Assembly: GCA_964016885.1 (NCBI GenBank)
Contig: OZ024740.1
Coordinates: 336,474,001 to 336,538,000 of the forward strand
DNA length: 64,000 nt
Origin: Eledone cirrhosa
Lineage: Eukaryota
Direction: 5' to 3'
The position numbers and the translations under genes are program-made. Shown here one piece after another: positions 56,852-64,000 of this stretch; position 1 is the first letter of the stretch; each line of letters begins with the position of its first letter. Below the pieces are notes generated by a model. The model was not told the origin of the DNA. It searched no databases and saw nothing but the letters and a program-made list of their open reading frames with translations.

Positions 56852-59800
56852 CTACAGGCTGATATAGAGAGAAGGCCCATTCACTCGGGCCATTCTCGCC
56901 ACTTTCACCCACCTTTCATAAAACTTGCTGGGGTACAGCACCTCTCTCTCCATCCTGATTCTTCTTCCAAAGTGGTATTTGAAAAAAAGAATCAGTTGCT
57001 CGCCGGAGAGAAAGGTGTCTGACCTCAGCCCTTTTAACCTCGTCCACCATATAACCTCTTTCACCATAGCCATAACACATAGGAAAACCGCCTCTCCCTC
57101 GTTTTTGAAGGAGGGTGGTGGTTTGATCATGACAATAGACTCGGTGGTCAACTGGATTGGTCCCACCTGCGACAATAGTCGTTCTACATAACCCCACAGG
57201 TCGGTGACGCCCGGGCAGTGCGTGCGCAACGGTTTCCTCGTCGCGCACGCATCTCGGACAGCTCTTTTTCGAAGGGTCCCTACCCGGGCGCCCGTGTCTG
57301 TAGAGCTTGTCTCGAACTGGTAGAGCTCCTCGGTAGCACTGCCAGGCCAGGGACTTTTGGAAATTGTCCATCGGTCCCGGGCGGAAGGTCCTACCGAACA
57401 GACTGGCCAGTTCATCTTTCTCTACGCCTAGAGTTTCACCGAGTGCGTCGTCGCACTTGCTGCGGATCAACCCTCTATAGAATGACGAAGTGGAGTCTCC
57501 ACTGATCGCCAGGTCCGCCTGCCAGAGGGCTGTGAGCGCCTGAGCACATTTGATGTGCCAGTCGCCCATTTTCCTCGGTCTTTGCTTGACCCAGGACTGC
57601 AGCTCGGTCAGCGAGACGAGTCGTGGGAAGGCTCGCCTCACGAACGGGACCCACACCGGTTGTCCGGTGAGGAATACGTAGAGATGCCGCAGCCTGAGCG
57701 CGTGTTTGCGCATCGTCAACCACGGCATCCCCAGCCCTCCGTTAGAAGGGTGTTGGCAGCAGATGGATCTTCTCACCAAAGGAGCCCGCCTCTTCCAAAG
57801 GAATTGGAAGAGTGCGCGCTCCATTTTGGAGAGCGTTTTGGCTGGACAAGGCACGACGGTCAAGCGGTAGTAGATGGTGGACGCTATAAAAGTGTTCGCC
57901 ACCTCCGCTCGACCTTTCAAGGATAGTTTGCACTCGGTCCACTTCTGGGTGAGTGCAAACACCTTGGCCGTCACTTCGCTCCAGTTCTTCTCCACCTGGA
58001 GGTCCGGACCAAACCAGACCCCGAGCAGCTTTACCGGTCCTTCCGTCCAGCGTCCGACGACGCCATCGGAAGGCATCGGTTTGCCTCTCCGCGATCCGAG
58101 TTGCAAACCGATGGACTTGTCCCGGTTCAGCTTCGCTCCTGTGAAACTTTCGTATTCCTTCAGTAAGGTGCCGACTTCCTCGATTTGCGAGGCGCTCGAC
58201 ACCATTACTGTCACGTCGTCGGCGTAGGCCGACGCCGCTTTCCGCAGTCCCGGTTCCAGAGGGATGCCCTGCAATAGCTCCAACTTCCGCAGTAGTGGCT
58301 CGAGAGTCAGTACGTACAGAATGGAGGAGAGAGGGCATCCCTGTCGAATGGATCGCGTAATATGGAACGGCTCCGAGAGGTAGCCGTTCACCTTGACCCT
58401 TGAGCAGATGTTGCTGTTGTGCATTGCAGCAATCCAGCCCCTGAACACGGGTCCGAAGCCTGCCGCCTCGAGCACCGCATCCAGGTAACGATGGTCAACC
58501 CTATCGAAAGCCTTAGACTGATCCAAGTTGATCAGGGCCCCACCGAAGCCGGGTTTACACCCTACCCTCTCTATGATGTATCGCATGAGGTGGAGGTTGA
58601 CGCGTATGGACCTGGTCGAGATTGCGCATGTCTGCGCTTCTCCCACCAGGTTCTTGACGACAAGCGCCAGCCTCTTTGCCAACACCTTGGCCAAAATCTG
58701 TAACTCTGTGTTTAGCAGAGTTATGGGCCGGAAGTTGCCTATGTCATCCCCTTTATTCTCGTCCTTCCTGACTAGTGTGACTACGCCCCCGGTTACAGAA
58801 CTGGGAATTCTCCCGTTCTGTTGCCAGTTGCAGTAGACCGCTTCCAGGAGTTGGAGAGTAAGTCCGGCATTGCTACGTAAAATTCGTAGGGTAGACCGTC
58901 GAGACCTGGAGATTTGCGTTTGCCGCATTGGCTCAGCGCGTCCCCTATCTCAGCGGCTGAAATCGGCTTTTCGCAGAACTTTGCCTCGCTGTCCGAGAGT
59001 CGCGGTAGGCTGTCGAGGTATGGACCGAAATCCATAGCCCCTCCCGGCGCGCCGCCCCGCCCGAACAGTTGAGAAAAGTGCCGCTGAAAAGCCGCACACA
59101 TCTGCTTCGGCTCACGTATCACGCGTCCGTTTTGGTCCTTCAAAGACCGAATCGTGGATTTGTTGCCACTTTTTTCCTCCGTCACTCGGGCCCAGCTAAC
59201 AGCTTTGGCTCCCTCGTTTCCCAGAGCACGTATTTTGCTTCTGACAACGCAGCCCTCGTGCTTTGCGTCGAAGAACTGGTCCAAGACCGTTCTCGTTGCT
59301 AGCACGCTGGCTACGTTGCCACTTCTAATTGCCTCTTCTACTTTATCTACCAGTTCCTTCTCGGTTCTATTTCTATCTAACGCTAATTCTTTACTAAAAA
59401 CTAACGAGTCTAATCTAATTGCCCTCTTGAGAGAGTACCACCATCTGTTGTTGACAATGGCCCCTGTCAAATGCTGTTTAACTAAAGTGCTAATCCGTCT
59501 ACTGTAGGCTTTGCTTGTCGGTAACGACAAGTTCAGCTTCCAGTAGCCGGGTCCTTGTCTATGGGTTCTATCAAGGTTGGCCATGCAGGTCACTAGTTTG
59601 TGATCTGAATAGGCAACCATGAACATTTGTGGACAGATTAACATGTCCCTATCCTTATTTCTAACTAGAACCCTATCTAGGTACGATCTAGATGTTCCGC
59701 TACGATTAGTCTACGTCCACTGTGGCGCAGTCGGAAAATCTAGTCGATATCTATCGGCCAGGTCAAATCGGTCGATTAACTGTTTGAGGCTGTTACATCC

Positions 59801-60279
59801 CACTTTATCGGGACATGCTGCCACATAGTCCCAACGTGCATCTAGGATTCCATTCCAGTCCCCCACTATAAGCAAGGAGCGGGGCGTTCCCAGAAAAGTC
59901 TCTAGACGTTTGAAGAAGTCTGGCCGCGGTGTCCCGGATGGGGCATATGCGGCCACCAGCCTGAAGGTTCCACCTTCACTACCGTCAACGTCTAGGACCA
60001 CCAGTCGACCCTCCGGGTCCAGATGTACCGTCTGTGTTACGAGGCCCAGGTGTTTCCGCAGCAAAACGGCAACTCGCCCCCACACCCCGGTTGACAGAGA
60101 GATGCGTAGATCTCAAAGTCATCGAAGATGGGGGCCAGCTGTCGCTCGCTGTGGATCCTGGACTCGCAAATGGCTACCACATCCATACTGTGCGACCTGG
60201 GGTCGTTTAAGAGTTTGCCCTGTTTCCAGGGCATCCCCAGGCCGCGTACGTTCACACATCCAACTCTTATATTGGCCAT
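56852..60279 (-). pseudogene. Tx1 ORF2: APE endonuclease, reverse transcriptase, CCHC knuckle
   Basis: GCVNVRGL, ICES, GDWN, SDH, GYWKLN, KSPGLDG, FRPITLLN, LDQSKAFDRV, RQGCPLS, AYADD, CPRC..ETVAH; split over ORFs 60037-60279, 59711-60085, 58793-59644, 56916-58928, 56852-57415. Confidence 0.93.
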
Positions 60280-60316
60280 GTTGGTGCTGAAAAGTTAAAA
60301 GAGGAAAAGAGATCAC

Positions 60317-62124
60317 TCACCCTTCGTCTCCTGGGGACCAGGCTGCACGATTTCCATGGGGGTGTTGGAGGGGTTGTCTGGATGGGTGGTGGTTTCCGGC
60401 GGGGTGGGGACGGAGTTGTTTGGTGGGGTGGTGTCTGGTGGGATGGGGTTCTGGGGTGGGGAGACATTTGAGAAGGACGCGGTTAAGTGGTTTCACGCAG
60501 GAATTCCCCACATCCTTCTCAAATGTTTCTTTTAGGGACCTATAAGTTTGTATAGGGACCCTAATCAGTTTTAGGTTCAGTTTTTTGTTATTTTTAATAG
60601 AGTGGGCGAAAGTTTTCTCTTCGGTTTTCACCGAAGGGTCGTTCATGATCGTCTCCATTAGTGTTTTGTTTTCAGTGTTTATGTAAGCGTAAGTGTAATT
60701 TTCTTGTGTTGTGTTTGTTTTTGTCTGTAGTTCTTGTGTGTGCTTTCGTTTTGTTGTAAGTATTTTGTTCTCAGGAGGCGGGGCTTTTGTTTGTGATGTT
60801 TTTGTTGTTTGTGTTGGTGGTTGTATGTTTGTGGTAGTGTTTGCTGGTTTTTTGCTTTTGTGATGTCTTTTCTTTCTTTTCGAGCGATGGGGTTCTCCCT
60901 CGTCTTCACTGGGTGATGGCGAGATAGCCTCATCTGTGTGATTAGTATCGTCTGTGTGATTGGGGAGGGGTATGTCTTGGGGAGCTGTTGTGTCTGTATG
61001 TGATTTTGCAGTGGTTTTAGGTGGAGTGGGGTTGGGTGGGACTGTGTTTGTTGTGATTATTTTTGTGTGTTGGTGTTGTTGTTGTTGTGGTGGTGTTGGT
61101 GGTTGTGTTGTTTTGATGGGTGTCGGCAGAAGAGCCTTTTTTTTACTCATTAATTTAGGACAGGAAGCCCTCAGGTGACCCCTGCTAAAGCAATGGTAAC
61201 ATGAAGGCCGCCTACCCTCAACAGGAGTACACGTTGTGGGATCATAGCTATTCGCTCTGGGCTCATTTGCACCAGAACTTCAATGCTAGTCCCATTGAAT
61301 ACATCTCTGGGGGACTTTCCTACTGACAGTATTCTGTCTTCATCAAAATTGATGAAGCCGCACAATATCCACCATATGTTCACCTTTGGTGTGACACTCG
61401 TGATTTTAATCTTCTGTGTCCTTTTTCCCATGTATGTAGGGAAAAGGGTATACAGGTTGGATACAATTGGCGACAGAGTAATTTTGGGCCGTCAATTGAT
61501 CCTTCATGAGTACCAAAATACTCCCAAAAAGTTTGCTTCTTTGAATGAATGCAATATCATTCATTGAATTTTTGAAAACCAGTCAATTTCTTTCTGTGAC
61601 AATTGGACTGGTTTTCGGGTAGAATTGGAAACTGTTCTAAAAACTATCGTTTTGAGAGCAGTTTCCTTGCGAATTTCTACCGGAGAATTGATGCTGAAAG
61701 CACCATTTTTTTCGAAAGTGACATATCTCCTAGCGTCCTTTAAAAGTTGTTCGGCATTTGTTATGTCGAGATATATCAGTTCCTCCTTTTTTTTAACTGT
61801 CTGTGCAAAGGAGAGTTTTGGTTTCTTTGTGGAATTATCCGTGTTGGTGGTGTTGTCATTATTGTTGTTATTCTTGTTGTTATTCTTGTTGTCACTGATG
61901 TTTATATTATTCGTATTTTCCTTGGTGTTGGTGTTGTTGTTGTCTTTGATGATGGTGTTATTGGTGTTGTCTTTATTTTTTTCTTTGTTGTTGTTGTCAT
62001 TGTTGTTTTTATCATCATTATTGGTGTTGTTGTTATTTTTGTTGTCATTGAACTGTTTGGTGTCATTTGTGTTGTTTGGATATGAATTTGTTTTTACATT
62101 TTCATTTCGTCTTTCCATCTCCAT
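60317..62124 (-). pseudogene. Tx1 ORF1 (Asn-rich N-terminus, Thr/Pro/Lys-rich C-terminal half), interrupted
   Basis: Sits directly upstream of ORF2; fragments 61561-62124, 61171-61431, 60317-61150; LSFAQTVK motif resembles gag-like SYA/SFA motifs. Confidence 0.75.
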
Positions 62125-62430
62125 AGTATCTAGGGAAGAAGACGATGTTGACTGCGAGCTCTGTAGTCTTACCTACTCTCCACCACCATTATCGTTGAAC
62201 GCAGCGTTCATAACATAATCAAACTTTTTACGAGATATTTTCCAAAATTCGATGGAGAAAAAATTTTCAAACGAATATTTCGCCCCTGTAGGGGCGAAAA
62301 TGAGTTGACCCACCACCTGAAGGTCCAGACGGGGGGTCAAGTTACACAATAATATAAAATTTAACTGAAAACTCACGTTTTTTTCTTACATAAAATAACG
62401 GAAACTTCTCCGCGAAGTTACACACGTCTG

Positions 62431-64000
<1,570 letters not shown>

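Noticed and set aside
57475-59828. Multiple overlapping antisense and alternative-frame ORFs
   Set aside because: Shadows of the GC-rich Tx1 ORF2

Overview
AT-rich, microsatellite-saturated animal DNA. The SINE motifs and repeat content suggest an octopus-type cephalopod, which is inference only. No host gene is recognisable by homology, and most listed ORFs are microsatellite or satellite artefacts. Main contents: (1) a ~14.9 kb satellite (21581-36453) of a 27-bp unit containing the perfect palindrome TATAACATGTTATA, with ~2.57 kb higher-order duplication and a polar switch to a 43-bp unit; (2) a stack of four Tx1-clade LINE copies (55558-64000, one full-length but frameshifted) plus a fifth at 214-720, each ending in (GATA)n or (GA)n; (3) decayed R4/Dong, RTE, RTEX, Penelope (two GIY-YIG fragments, one Naiad-like) and mariner elements; (4) a ~600-bp non-autonomous RTE-derived element in (TATG)n; (5) two tRNA-derived SINE families, several copies with clean TSDs; (6) several type I hammerhead ribozyme motifs, often in fold-back palindromes, including a ~1.8 kb non-coding cassette with three hammerheads flanked by a 37-bp direct duplication; (7) four small candidate exons on the minus strand that could encode an unrecognised short protein.
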